DNA of 63,281 bases, the filler included, from Folioceros fuciformis (lineage: Eukaryota): NCBI GenBank assembly GCA_049999805.1. It is 15 parts of 15 records of this genome, joined end to end, with 100 filler letters (N's around TTAATTAATTAA, not from the genome) between each part and the next. Parts side by side here need not be neighbours in the genome. Positions count along the whole stretch, not along the records: positions 1 to 17,550 come from JBNGIO010005272.1; positions 17,651 to 27,798 come from JBNGIO010005278.1; 13 more parts are not named here. One strand, given 5' to 3'. The notes below the pieces were generated by a model. That model did no database searches. It worked only from the letters and a program-made list of their open reading frames with translations, and was not told the origin of the DNA. Shown here piece after piece: positions 12,020-24,938 of the stretch. The number at the start of each line of letters is the position of its first letter. Positions within the stretch are counted from its first letter, which is position 1. Position numbers and translations under genes: made by a program.

Positions 12020-13561
12020 TTTTAGAATAAAAAATTGTCTATATAAGGAGGGGGTTCTTCCTTCAACAACAGTTGTGGGGAGGTGTTGTGGGGAGGGTAG
12101 TGGGGAGGTGGCCCATTCCACAACAATGGCTAAGTATGGAATGTACACACATAGTCCAAGTAGAAATAGCAACCCTAGGTGCAGAGTCTGGACGGACCAT
12201 GAGCAGAGGAACACTAACACAGGCGGGACACAACTGGAGGAAGACCACCATTTAGCATTGTGAACATGTGTGATTCCAAGGCAAGTGGAGATTCGGCAAT
12301 TGGGTGTGACCGTTGTGGCAATTAGGAGGAGTAACAAGCACCACCATGCTAGAGAAGTTCAGGAAGCTGGCAGAGAGGTGTACGCGGGAGAGAGATGAGG
12401 CTAGGGCCATGGTCAAGAGAGAAACAGGTAGGCCGAAGAGGGCAGGGATGAACTATCGTGGTGGCTGAAACAGCTACCATTGTGGAACCAGCCACCGCAG
12501 TAGCGGAGTTGGCCACCGTCATGGAAGAAGAACCGAACACCACTAGAATGCACGTCAATCTATGATGCGTTTAAAGATGAAAGTATGATGCATTCACACC
12601 TTCAATGATACGGTCCTTACCAGTTTCCCATCATACAAATATCATTAAAAATGCCGTCATCAGAGGTTGTTTATGAAATTGTAACCTAGTTCGTGGTTCG
12701 CATCAAGTTTCGATGGCCGATACCAGTAACTTGCCTTTCTCTTCATAAACTACGGTTAAAACACTTGACTTGTACCATCACCTATACGTGCTTGGACAAT
12801 CAGGTATACAGACTCTGCCACCATTGTACTTTCCCATGGTCTTGCCTTCTTCACACCCCACTTTTGTACACACAATTTGTGCATGCTGTAGTACGAGTTT
12901 CCGACAAATGTGTTTTGACATCCATCACAGGCCACGCCCGTTTGACCTTTTGTATACATGTACATCACCATATGATTCATCATAACTACCACCTGTTAGT
13001 AAAGTTGATCAGGGCAATTCATAGCCTTCACATACTTACCTTTTCCCCGATTCAAATCATGCAAAATCCCTTTAGTATCATTATATGGTTGTCCTTATAA
13101 CAATTATACTGTATTAAAATCAAACCACATTCTACACGACCACCTTCACTGCCCCGCACATGCCTCTTGGTGCAACTCACGTACTTTCAGGGGCCCTACA
13201 ACTGTTCAAAACCCATATGCATCCCTATACCCTCCTCGACATTCCACCTCCTCCCACCTAGCCTTTCTTCAAACATCTTTGTGATGCACCTTATTGTTCT
13301 CACTCCTGCAAAGCCATCACTTGTGCATTGGCAAATATCCCAACACATTTATCCTACCACAACAAGGGTTTGCCCAATGATAACTGCACACCTTATCCCT
13401 CCCTGTCCATTGCTCTCGCTCCCGTTAGCTCTACCTTTCTGGGCTTTTTTCTGTGACGCTGATTCTCTCGCAAGCCCTGATGTCCCTCCTACACACGGAA
13501 CCTCATATGCTTGTTACATTTGGTCATCAAAGGGATTGCACAGTTCGACCTTCGCACACAG

Positions 13562-13791
13562 TGTTGTGCTAGGGCAATGTTGGTGATGAGTGAGTCCCAA
13601 GAGTGGACAGCTGGGACTCACCAAGTCCTGACCCTGGCTAGCACGCGCTTGAAGCTTGGGGTTCTATCTTGAACATTCAACATTTGTACTTGTATCCTAG
13701 TGCTTCTTCCCACTACTCTCCATGTCATAGATTGCAGCACAATCTACTGCAAGTGAGGACATCCTATGTCCATAAAATGAAAGATTCTGAT
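13562..13791 (-). repeat. ~200-bp LTR-like repeat (13562-13761) plus 30 bp of shared flank; second copy at 14791-15020
   Basis: Diverged direct repeat of 14791-15020 with TGT...GACA termini. Confidence 0.75.
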
Positions 13792-14790
13792 TTAGGTGGC
13801 ACTGCCATCGTCTTGGTCGGATTCTCATGCCTCAGGGTAGGGTTCACTTTGCAGGTATGCATCCTGGGGCTACGTTCGATAGAGACGACTTTGAGGGTAC
13901 CTTGAGAGGGACAAGGCCCTTAACTCCCCTCAAAGACTCTTACCAAAGGTTATCAGCCCATACAGGAGCTGCTGTCTTCCCATGTTGCTGCCCAACATGG
14001 GAAGACAGCAGAACTTAGGGTACAATAGCAAGGCATCATGGAAGGAGCAGCGCTGATGCAAGGGCGTGAAGCCAACTCAATTGGACGCTAGATCGTGAAG
14101 ATGATGGCTGGCGCTAGGCAAAAGGGGTAGCCAGGGCAAAAGTCCATAGTTGTTGAAGTTGCGCTGCGCAGTGTTGTAACTTGGGGAAGGCAGCTCAAAC
14201 AATGTTTTTGTGTTCTCTGGAATTGGGAGCTAGGATGAAGAACGTTTTCAGTGCCGCTGATTCCAGTGTTGCAGTTCATGGCGCAGCTTACTGACTCACC
14301 AAGCTGCGTGTGTCACGCAGATCCTTTAAAATCCAGATTGCTGCAAGTTTTTGCTGCAATCTCTTCTTTTTGTACAAGTCTTGGTTTCGAGCGCTCTTGC
14401 CTCAAGGCTTTGGTACGTCGGCGTAGTCTCCAGAACAAACACCCTCATTAGTGTTGTTCCAGGACGACTGACTAACCTCAATCAGTTTGGCGTATCAGGG
14501 AATAGTTGTCCTTGATGGTCAACCTATGACATAGCGGAAGGCTGTGGAGGATTCCATCTATTAGGGTGCATGAGGGTTGCGCAAGCAATCCAAGTGCCAA
14601 ATTCCGCCACCACCAAAGAAAAATAAGTCGAATAAGTCGGATGAGGGTTGCGTAAGCAATCTAAATGCCAAAGTCAGATGGAGAGGCAGCTAAAGTGCAT
14701 GAGGGCTGCGCAAGCAATCGAAATGCAAAGTTGGCTGCCACAAACAAACAAAAAAAACAAAAGGGTTGGATAGGTCACCTTCATGACAAC

Positions 14791-16490
14791 TGTCGTGCTA
14801 AGGCAATGTTGGTGATGAGTGAGTCCCAAGTGTGGACAACTGGGACTCACCGAGTCCTGAGCCCAGCCAGCACCCACTTGAAGCTTGGGGTTCTGGCTTG
14901 AACATTCAGCATTTGTACTTGTATCCTCGTGCTTCTTCCCACTACTCTCCATGTCACAGATTGCAGCACAATCCGCTCCAAGTGAGGACATCCTATGTCC
15001 AGAAAATGAAAGATTATGATCCCCCCCCAATTGATTGTGCCATAGTTACAGCCGGTGTAGCACAGCGAGGGCAGTACCAAAGCTGCTCAAGAACCTTCGA
15101 GAGAGGTGGATTGAGATAGAACAAATGGTAACCACCGTTGCAGTGATCACAAAGTAGCAATAACTCAGCGCCATCAATCCTCCCGCATACCTGGCATGGC
15201 TAATCTTGAGGAGGAATCCAATAGGTGGTGATGATGGTCGGTTTCAGGTTAGGAAGGTGGCAAGGAGCGCAATTTTTCATATGGTCTGTGATAGTGCGCC
15301 CATTTGACCCTTGCAGCAGCAAAACCCCATTTGGTTGGACCTCCCTGACTCGCAGCACATGACGACTGCTGACAGTGTCCAAAGTGTCCCTTGTTTGCCG
15401 TTGCAGGTATACAAAATCCCCCACTTGAAATTTGTTCAGTTGGGGTCTGAAACTACCACTGCGAGTGTATGCATACTGCAATGTGTCCCGGTGCCATGCA
15501 TGCGGAGATTGGTCATTGCCATGGGCATCACTTGCCTGAACAATGCAGCCCTCTCACCAATAGCGCGTGCCCAAGCACCAGGATCATCCAGATCCAAAAC
15601 TTCTGCCATATGCTTGGCAATAGCACTGGGTGGTATGGGCTCCCTCCCAAACAGCAAAAAGTAGGGACAGAAGTGGGCTAAGGAGGCATGTTTGCTGAGC
15701 CTGTACCCCATGGCAATGTATGGTAGGGCCAAATCCCACTCTGTCTTGGGCATCCATAAGCCCAGTTTCCTCAGCCCCTTCTTGATTGTTTGCACCATAC
15801 GCTCTGCGAGACCATCGGCTTGGGGGTGGTCTCGGCTAGTCCTGCGATAGTCAATCAATGCTGCATCTAGTAGATCTTGGAATTCTCCTCTGAATTCAGA
15901 GCCCTGATATGTCAAGCACTCAGCACAACTTCCAAAGCGCGCTAGCGCATTCTGAAGGAAAGCCTGCACTGTGCTTCTGGATGTCTTATCAGGGAGGGCC
16001 ACCACTTCAATCCACTTGCTGAAATGCTCCATCATAACAAGCATGTAGACATTGCCCCTGGGTGTATAAGGGAGTTCCCCAAGCAGGTCACAGGACCACC
16101 GAAAGAACAAACCCATGATGGGCAAAGGTTGTATCTGTGGATTCTAAATGTTGAAGGTGGTCTTAACTCTGTCACGCTCCACACAGCGAGCCACTTGTTG
16201 ATTCACTTGGGCATGCATCCCATACCAATGAAAATATGGAACTAAGAGGCTGTAGGTCCTTTTGACACCAAAGTGACCCATGCCGTCATGGACTCGACGA
16301 ATCAATTGCTCCCTCTCAGCTGGTGGAGGCATAAGATGTTCCACTCCGTTACCCATATGTCCTTGGGCTTGGTAGTACTTGCATTAACCTCCAGCTGTCC
16401 CAAGCATGACATGGCCACCAGGGCTGCCACATCAAGACCCTCTGCCTCATCGCTATCCCAATCCTGTCAGGTTGCGGTTACATCAACATG
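14791..16490 (-). mobile_element. Ty3/Gypsy 3' part: integrase (zinc-binding domain, DDE core, C-terminal domain) + PHD finger, G-tract, putative 200-bp LTR (14791-14990)
   Basis: HDGMGHFG...RCVER, WSCDLLG, EHFSKWIE, GSEF, HPQADGLAERMVQTIK. Past one stop the frame reads CQVC..CDHC..H..WYCPRC (15199-15014). Confidence 0.88.
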
Positions 16491-17550
16491 AGTGTCACTA
16501 GTAAACGATTAGAAGCGCACATCGCGACATGTAGAACAAGTAGTCTTGCCCCAGAGGCTGATGTGTGTGAGAAGACAACGTTTTGAATCAAGAAAAGAAA
16601 ATACATATACAAGGAAGTTGTAACCGTTTCATGATTAGGAATTAATTTAAACTACTCGCTAATCCAGCTAGAATAAACTTGCCGAATATTTCACATTTGG
16701 ACTGAACTAGTGATATTGATAATATCTCAATACCCCCTCTCAAGCCGAATGGGGTAATATGCTATTGAAAATCGGTAAGTACTTCCACCAGTCTATTGCC
16801 TCCATCTGTGATAAGGTGATAAGGTGCGATTTGCCAGTGATGCATAAAAGGAAGAAACCCTCGTCCACAAACATAAGACGTGCTTCAACTGACATGAAGG
16901 GGTCTGATGGCGCTTAGCAAGGTGCACGACACAGACAGACCAGGAGTTGAAGCAGAGAGCTAGTAGGACGACCAAGTCTTTAGGCAAAGGGAACGCCCGT
17001 TACAAGCACCACAAGTGCTGAAGATGCCCTCCCAATCCATGAGGTATGTTTGTGAAGAAACTTCAATACTGCTGACCTGATTGAATGTAACACTAAAGCT
17101 TCATCCAAGTGTAGTTGCGCTCCGTCGAGTCATAGGGATCTGTGGTGGCGGCAGTAGGCAACGCCCCGTCATCTAAACCCAAGGATAGGCGATGCTGCTG
17201 ATGTGATGCCTTCAACAAGTCCTTGGTAAGCAGATCTGCGACGTTCAGGGCTGTTGGCACATAGGCAAGTCGGATTACCTTCTGTTGCACTGCCTGCCGT
17301 ATGTAATGAAATTGAATTTCAATATGTTTAGATCGGGCATGGAACATTGGGTTCGCTGAAAGTGCAATGGCTGACTGATTGTCACATTGCAGGAGGGTTG
17401 GCTGAACTTGCTCCAGACCTATGCTAGCTAAAAATTGTCTGATCCAGGTGATCTCGCATGCAGCTAGGGAAAGGGCACTGTACTTGGCCTTTGTTGACGA
17501 GACACTAATGGTTGACAGCTTCTTACTTTGCCAGCTGATCGCAGAGCCAC
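16490..17550 (-). mobile_element. Ty1/Copia 3' end (RNase H, 3' UTR, PPT ~16731-16745, LTR) nested in the Gypsy element
   Basis: CDNQSAIAL..NPMFHARSKHIEIQFHYIR...NVADLLTK; PPT GCTTGAGAGGGGGT on the minus strand. Confidence 0.85.
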
Positions 17551-17594
17551 NNNNNNNNNNNNNNNNNNNNNNNNNNNNNNNNNNNNNNNNNNNN

Positions 17595-17606
17595 TTAATT
17601 AATTAA
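17595..17606. other. Artificial scaffold linker TTAATTAATTAA (stops in all six frames) inside N runs; also at 27843, 31016, 34291, 38091, 47940, 49212, 51105, 53227, 54897, 56100, 58112, 60129, 62108
   Basis: Identical 12-mer embedded in N runs 14 times. Confidence 0.97.
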
Positions 17607-17699
17607 NNNNNNNNNNNNNNNNNNNNNNNNNNNNNNNNNNNNNNNNNNNNGACTAGACATGTAAGGTCTCAATGGGCAATTGGACTTTTAAGACAACCC

Positions 17700-18260
17700 T
17701 ATGAGCTTATTAATAATCAACACTCAAAGCAACCCTTTTGATAAATTTAAGGCATATTAGTTCAATCTAGCAACATTTTATCCTTATTGCTTGGATTACG
17801 AGTCCTAGGAGTGTTGTGAGACCTATTGCAGTATTTTATCTTATTGGAAGGGATTGCAAGTCTTGGGCGTTCTATCAAACATCTTGATCTTGTCAAAAAG
17901 TTTGTAGATGCAACATTAAAAGAAGATAAGATTCACAGCATGGACCTCTCAACGGATTCATAGCATGAACCTCTCAGGAATCAAGGACCCTCAAATAGTG
18001 CTCGGTATTCTTTCTTCCTACTTTGCATGATAACTAGGACTTTGCATGACAACTTCTTATTCGTCTTCAGCTTTTCTAACAACTATGGAAATTTTTGATA
18101 GTTGTATTGTGTAGGCCTTTGGAGACATTATATGCACTAACCTTGAGTTGGTGTTTTAGCCTAGAAGTAAGAATTTTGCCAACGGGCTTAGAGGGGCATG
18201 GGCTTGCTAGCCATGAAGGCCTTGGTCCTAGCAAGCATCAGGTGTAGCTAGCTGGACCTT
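17700..18260 (+). mobile_element. Highly decayed non-LTR RT relic (CRE/RTE-like C-terminal half)
   Basis: Remnants GLQVLGV, DPQIVLGIL and RGMGL.AMKALV in the order typical of these RTs; many frameshifts. Confidence 0.35.
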
Positions 18261-19106
18261 ATCTTCCCCAATTCTAACCTCTGTATTTTTTTGGATTGCT
18301 TGCTTCTGAAAGGCCAGCTGTAGTATACAACCTCTGTATTTTTTTGGATTGCTTGCTTCAGAAAGGCCAGCCAGCTGCAGTATACAATGACAGGCTTGAA
18401 ACAATGAGTCTTCACTGCCTTACAACAAGCATTAAGTAGTATGATGCAAATGCAAAGTACAAAATTTTGAGATGCAGTAGGAATGTATATGATTAGTAAT
18501 ACCTAATAAGAATTAGTCTCTTATCTTTTTTTCTCTCTTATAAATTATGCCTTAGTACATGGATTTTGCATCAGTTTTTTATAATAAAAATTCCAATTTA
18601 TAGTTCTTCTACCCCTAGGAGGCTAGGCAGGCTGTTCTGCTTGGATGGATTTCTTCCCCCTCCTGGCTTTTTAATGAACTACTGGTATTCAACGCAGTGT
18701 GGAAGAGATACCCGATGCCCATGGTGGAGCACCCTAAAATGTGCTGATAAACGAATGAATTTATATGACAAACAGCTGGCAGCCCTAAGCTGGTCGCTCT
18801 TCCAACAGGGGTAGGAAACCCTTCAGAGCTCTCGTCTTTCACTCGACCGTCGCCGAGCGCAAGCCCGGATCCTCCTTGCCCCTTCCTTTGACGCTGCCGC
18901 CTCCGGGCCTCCTTCCTCTCAGCAGGCGTTCTAGCTTCCTCTCATGCGCAGTTGACAACGAGGCGCCCACGAGCTCTTTCTCCGCCGACGTTTCCCGGCC
19001 GCACCCTGAGAAGCCGCTGCCGCGTACACTGTGCTCCTACGCGACCCCGTGCCGTCTCCAGGCTCCCCTCCATCCCATTTCTGAGCAGCAAAGCCCGTTT
19101 CAGTTT

Positions 19107-21355
19107 ATGAGGTGCGACCACTCGCTATGCCCGGTCTTGGTCAGGGTTTGCATTTTGCCTGCCGAGGGTGGCCCTGGCTGCGGCAAATGTTTAGATCTGA
19201 AGCTGCCGCTTCATCTAGTGTTCGATCCAGTGTCATTTGTGAGTCGGGGGGCCAGATTTTGAGGNNNNNNNNNNNNNNNNNNNNNNNNNNNNNNNNNNNN
19301 NNNNNNNNNNNNNNNNNNNNNNNNNNNNNNNNNNNNNNNNNNNNNNNNNNNNNNNNNNNNNNNNCCTCCGTCTGTATGCACCGCCTCGCGTAGGGGTTGC
19401 CTTCCTTCTGACGAGTGTTTTGCTCTTATGTCCTTGCAGCTCGAAGGAGAAGCCGACCCTTGGGTATGTGTAGGATCAGGATTGTTTGCGCCTGTACGCT
19501 TTAGTTGCCCTTCTGGCTGGCGTGGTTAACTGACTTATCTTGTGCTGTGTTTTCTAGCGGTACGCGGATCAAAACCCGCAAACGGAACATCGCGGTTCCG
19601 TTAGACCCGTCAACATTTGCGGATGCTGTGGTTAAGATTTATGTCAAGCACAATGGAGACTTGGTATGTTAGCCGTTGGGGGACGGCTGTCGGTTTATTG
19701 CCACCTTTCTGCCAGTCATGTACCTGTGTTTGGTCGATTATGTTATGGCTGGGGTGTTTTGGAGCTCAGGTGTGATTAGTTTGTGACTTCGTGTGTCCTC
19801 CGTGCGCAGGAGCACATTGCCAGGGACATTGAGGCCTCAGATCTCGACTTCTCACGATATGGAGATACTTTCTTCGAGGTATGTTGAACTGTCCTAGTGT
19901 GACAAGTGCCGTGTCTGTACTCATCCGGTGCGATTCATTCACGTGAAATGCTGTCTCGTTGCAGGTCGTTTTCACAGGGGGCCGTAACCAGCCGGGCACG
20001 ACAAAGCCCGAGGAGGGAGAGAGGCAACCATTCTCTGTCCTGAACAGGGAGCCTACAAGAAACAGCATTCTTGAATATGTTCTTTATTTACAGAAAATTA
20101 TTCGGCGACGGCCATTCATGATCAAGAGTCTTGAGAATGTCATGCGTAGGCTTTTGCAGTCCCTGGTGGGTTGTTCTCCTAGGAGGTGAACGGTCAGCAG
20201 TGTCCTGCCATTCTTGTTTGTGTGCGTGGTAAAATTTAACTTGTTGATCACATTCTGACTGCAGGAGCTGTACGGAACAGAGGACCGTAAGAAGCTGGCA
20301 GTGTTCACTGCCCTGACGTTCTCGCAGAAGTTGTCCGGGCTACCACCGGAGACCATCTTTTCAGCCTTGCTTGATGACAGTCTTGTTGCTAAGGGAACTG
20401 TTCTTAGCTTTGTCACGGATGTCTTCAAGGAATATCTTGTGGAAAACAGTCTGGATGATCTTGTAGCTTTGCTAAAGAGGGCAAAGATGGAGGACCGGCT
20501 GCTGGATATTTTCCCGCCACAGAAGAGAACTGTGGAGTGTTTCGCTGAACATTTCAGGTTGGTGAAATGGTATCATTTGGTGTGCGGAGTCTTTGGAAGG
20601 AAGCTGACGTGATGTTTATATGTGCAGCAAAGAGGGTCTGGGGGTTCTGGTGGAGTACAACACGAAGAAGGTGTTTGATGTTAAACTAAGGGAACTGAGG
20701 ACTACGATGACTGATCAGATCGCTGAAAATGTGGACGTGGATGAAGTTATAGAGATTGTGAAGCAGCGCAGAAAGGAGGCGAGTCTGCCTGACATTGATG
20801 TTGTTCAAACCATATGGGATGCCATAATGGATGCCGTTCAGTGGTCCGGGAAAAATCAGCAGCAGAACTCGAATCTTGCACTACGCCAGGTGGGTGTTGG
20901 GTTGTGGGAATGCTTGGCTTTGCCCTTGTGGATGCAGGACGGACACTAAACTCGGCCGTGATGCATGTGGAAACAGGTGAAATCGTGGGGCAAGCTCCTG
21001 GGGGCCTTCTGCACATCCGCAAAGCTGGAAATGGATTTGATCTACAAGATCCAGATCCACTGCTATGAGGATGCGAAGATTATGAAGTTGTTTCCGGATA
21101 TTATTCGAGCTCTGTATGACCAGGATGTACTTGCGGAGGATACTGTTCTCATCTGGTTCAGGAAGGGGACAAATCCTAAAGGCCGGTAGGTGGTGACACC
21201 GGTGGGGATGGTTGAGAGGATGAGAAGGGTAAGAGTCTTGGGTTAGGTTGAGTTGGTGCATCTTCTGATGGAATATTGTGCGTCGCAGGCAAACATTCGT
21301 GAAGAGCCTGGAACCGTTCGTGAAGTGGCTGGAAGAAGCTGAGGAAGAAGATTAG
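19107..21355 (+). CDS. BZW2: eIF5-mimic / basic leucine zipper and W2 domain protein. Exons 19107-19111, 19440-19463, 19558-19663, 19810-19878, 19965-20165, 20265-20557, 20628-20889, 20977-21185, 21289-21355
   Basis: MSSKEKPTLGGTRIKTRKRNI, DFSRYGDTFFEV, QWSGKNQQQN and the W2 terminus YDQDVLAEDTVLIWF...FVKWLEEAEEED*. All introns are GT-AG; intron 1 spans a gap. Confidence 0.95.
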
Positions 21356-22539
21356 TGCCGGGGGAGTGTAATAAGAGGGCACGGCACGAATCATCATGAC
21401 TTGAGACAGTGTTATCTGGCTTGGCGTGTATGCTTGCTGCAGTCCAGGGCTGTAACAGCCATGTTCGTTAACAACCACCGTTGTGGGATATGTTTTTTTC
21501 GTCGCCCGTGTAGGCGCTTAGAGGTTGTATCGTGCGTACTGTGATGGGCGCGTGGCGTGCGCACACGCCTTGCCTTTGTGAGAAGAAAGCACCACGTTTT
21601 TCAGGTGCCTGTTCGCCCGAGTAGTGCAGCTGTCTCTCGGGACTTGGTCGAGGGCTCGGCAAACGGGTGTTTCGGCGACCAATCGGGTGTGGTTAACCGG
21701 CTTGGGGAATTGTCGGAAATGTTTGTTGGTGCTTGCTTTCCCTTAACTCGATCGTGATGGCGCATCTACACTCACTCACTCGCTCAGCCTCGGCGAGCTG
21801 CTTAGATGAAATGATAGCCCATTGTTTGACGTCATACCCTTTGTCCATGCATTTGCTTGCGATTGGAAGGAGTTTGGCACACAAGTCCAGGCATGTACCT
21901 TGAATACGCACCCCACCCCAGCGACGATGAAACTCAATCCTTTGCTTTTTCAACCTCACCTGCGAACTATGATGATGCCAGGATGACGGGTGACGTCAGG
22001 ATTCGTACACCTGAGGTTGTTATACTTACTTACTTGTAGATAAAGAAATATAATATTTTTGAGATCCTTTTTACTCTATTTTATTAGTTATATTACTTAA
22101 TTCAGCTCACCAGGTGTTGGGTATTGGAGTTTGGTACTAGACAGTGCCGGTATTTGTATTTATATTTATTGTAAGCTATATAATATGTGTCCTTAGTTTT
22201 GCCTTTGACAACCAGCTAGATTTGAAGTATGCATTGACGCAATGGCGGTGTATAGGGTCTGCTCTTTTCTTCTTTGATTCTACTTCAAGGCTTGGAGTTC
22301 ATACACCAGGCCTCCAAACCCAGTATCATAATCCTGAAGGTATTATATTATAAACTTAAATGATAACATGAATATAAAAATATTAAAAAGAAGTTCATTA
22401 TGAAATAAATGATGATAAATAAGGGCTGCATGGATGCATAGAGAAGAGTAGAGTAAAGTAAAGTGATTGGAAGTTTCTAGACACGTGATGGAGTACATGT
22501 ACTCCTTGTGAGATACGTACAAACTTAAAAACCCGTGTG

Positions 22540-24894
22540 CGAGAGGGAAGGGAAGGGAAGGGAAGGGAAGGGGGAACGCAAAGAGTGTGGCCAAGGGAGC
22601 GTGAATAGTAATAATGCGTATATATATACGGAGGAGCAGGAATTAGACAGTAGCGAGACGGCGGGAAGAGGAGAGGAGAGGAGAGGAGAGGAGAGAGCAG
22701 TTAGTTGCTGCCGTAGCGCGCGTCAGGTCCAGGTCCAGGTCCAGGTACGGCGCCAGGGCCAGGCGAACGTACACACATATTCACTCACGGACGCAGTTAC
22801 AGCCCGAGTCAGTCCAGTCCACGGTCCACGGTCCAGGGTCCAGCGTTGAAGTGTGGGGCCCAGGTCCAGGTCCAGGTCCAGGCCCCGGCCCCGGCCCCGG
22901 CCCCGGCTGGCTCATTTCCTCGGGGGGGGTAAAAGGACGGACGGGCAGTGGCCGGTGCAAAGGAGGTGGTAGCCAAAAGCAAAGGACCCTGCAGCAGGGT
23001 TGTCCGTCCGGCTGTCCAGAGGGGCTGAATTATTTGGGTGCCGGTCTCTGTCCCGGTGGTTGGCAGTCACCGTCATCTCAATGCTTCACGTTCCTTCTCT
23101 TGGCGCCCTGCCCTGGCAGGGAAGGGAAGGGAAGGGACCCTGGCAGGGAAGGGGACTCACAGGCTTGGGTCTGACGTCACCCGGTTGCCATCACCCCCAA
23201 CCCCTTCCCTTCCCCTTCCCCTTCCCTGCCCATTGTTAGGGTTAGGGTTAGGGTTAGGGCAAAGGGCAAAGGGCAAGGGAGTACAAGTAGGGAGGGCTAG
23301 GGCTAGGGCTAGGGCTAGGGCTAGCGCTAGCGCTAGGGCTAGGGCGAGGAGGATTAGCAAGAGTGGAGGAGCGTAACGCTAGGCAAGGGGCCTGCCAGGG
23401 GCAGAGCCAAAGCGTAACAAAAAAGTTATTAGTCAGGCGAGTGGAGCGTAAGACGAAGAAGAAGGGACGTTGGACCGGGCGCGTTAGGTCAGTGAGCATT
23501 GAATACACAGAGGCGTTTAGAGGATTTAGGGTCGTGAGATGATGGGAGAGGATCTATGGCGCCATGAATGACGAGATAAGGTTTTGGCACGGAGCGCGTT
23601 TTGGTGGGAGACGTGGCGGGTGAGGCCGGGCCAGGCCGGGCCAGGCCGGGCCAGGCCGGGCCAGGCCGGGCCGTATCGTATCGTATGGATGAAGGCAGTT
23701 ACAGTATATATTGGGGACCAAGGTGGGGGGGGGGGGCCTGCGCCTACGGCCGGGCCGGACCGGACCGGGCCTGGCTGCCTGGCTATACTGACGCACTTCA
23801 GCTACAGGAAGCAAGCAGAAGCAGCAGGAGCAGGAGCAGCATAATACATGCCAGGCAGCGTATACGGGATTAAAGGTGGATCAGGCTGACAGAGCGTGGT
23901 TGAGAGAGCAAAGAAATGTCACGCTCACAATAAAGCCTGGGGATAGGGTAGGAGGAGGAGTAGGAGGCTAGGAGCTTTAAGGAAGGGAAGTGTACCCTGA
24001 ACCCGACCCTCTGCCATGTTCCACTGCCCACTGTCGCTCTCCTTCCCGCTCTACTTATGGCCCGAATCGGGCCGTGATTTTCACCCTCGCCTCATCTTCC
24101 ATCATTTACTGCGCCTGTCCCAGGCCTGGCCTGGCCTGGCCTGGCCTGGCCTGGCCTGGCCTGCCCTGACCTGCCCCCTCGCGCCCCGCCTGTACCCTCC
24201 TCCCGTTTCCGAATATCCTCGCATCCGCTCCGTATCCCGTTCCAACCCGTGTGGGTATGGACGTGTACCCTACGCCATCCTGGCGCAACTACACGCCTCC
24301 CTCCCCCCCTCTTCCTCTTCCTCCTATGTATGTATATATGTATTTGCACGTGGTATAAGTAATCTTACCATGTACTCATACTCTCAAGAATATGCGTATA
24401 TTTATATATGTATGTATAGACTAGAGGCGCATGACATAAGGTCATAGCTGAGGTACATTTGATTGGATGGAAATACAAAATGGCCAAGGTTGCTATGGAG
24501 GAAGGAAACCAACTTCAAGACCATAATGGAAGGAGGATGGGGAACATAATTCTTGGCTGATGAAGTTGACAACAGTTCTTCTGCATGAAGAAGGTTATAT
24601 GATGCGTGCGTGCAACTCAGCAACAATCGTGTGGGCGAGGGATGTGCTGTAGCAACATTCGTGTGTATTCTTACATCACAACTTTATGGTAGATAGCCCG
24701 TATGTCTCCTCTCCTCTCCTTTCCTTTCCTTTCCGTATGCAATCTATGCAAAGTAGGGTAGAGTAGAGAAGAGTAGAGCAGAGGGGTTGTCGCTGGCAAC
24801 AAAAGCGTGTATTCGTCTTGTCTGCCTCACCTTTAGACATACGGTTGAATCTATGTAGGTGTAGCCGTATTCAACGCCTTACCCATGGGTACCT

Positions 24895-24938
<44 letters not shown>

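Noticed and set aside
12756-12992. Possible zinc-finger remnant (CDGC...CTNC)
   Set aside because: The ligands fall in different frames and no family could be recognised.
18683-18701. Resemblance to the SMART cDNA adapter (TGGTATTCAACGCAGTGT)
   Set aside because: The match is imperfect and internal to a contig; likely chance.
21951-22019. C/D box snoRNA (ATGATGA...CTGA within an 8-bp inverted repeat)
   Set aside because: Only ~35 nt lie between the boxes, the C box is far from the stem, and no rRNA guide was recognised.
22535-24447. GP-, RA-, LA- and ARPGQ-repeat proteins
   Set aside because: Microsatellite translations with no gene structure
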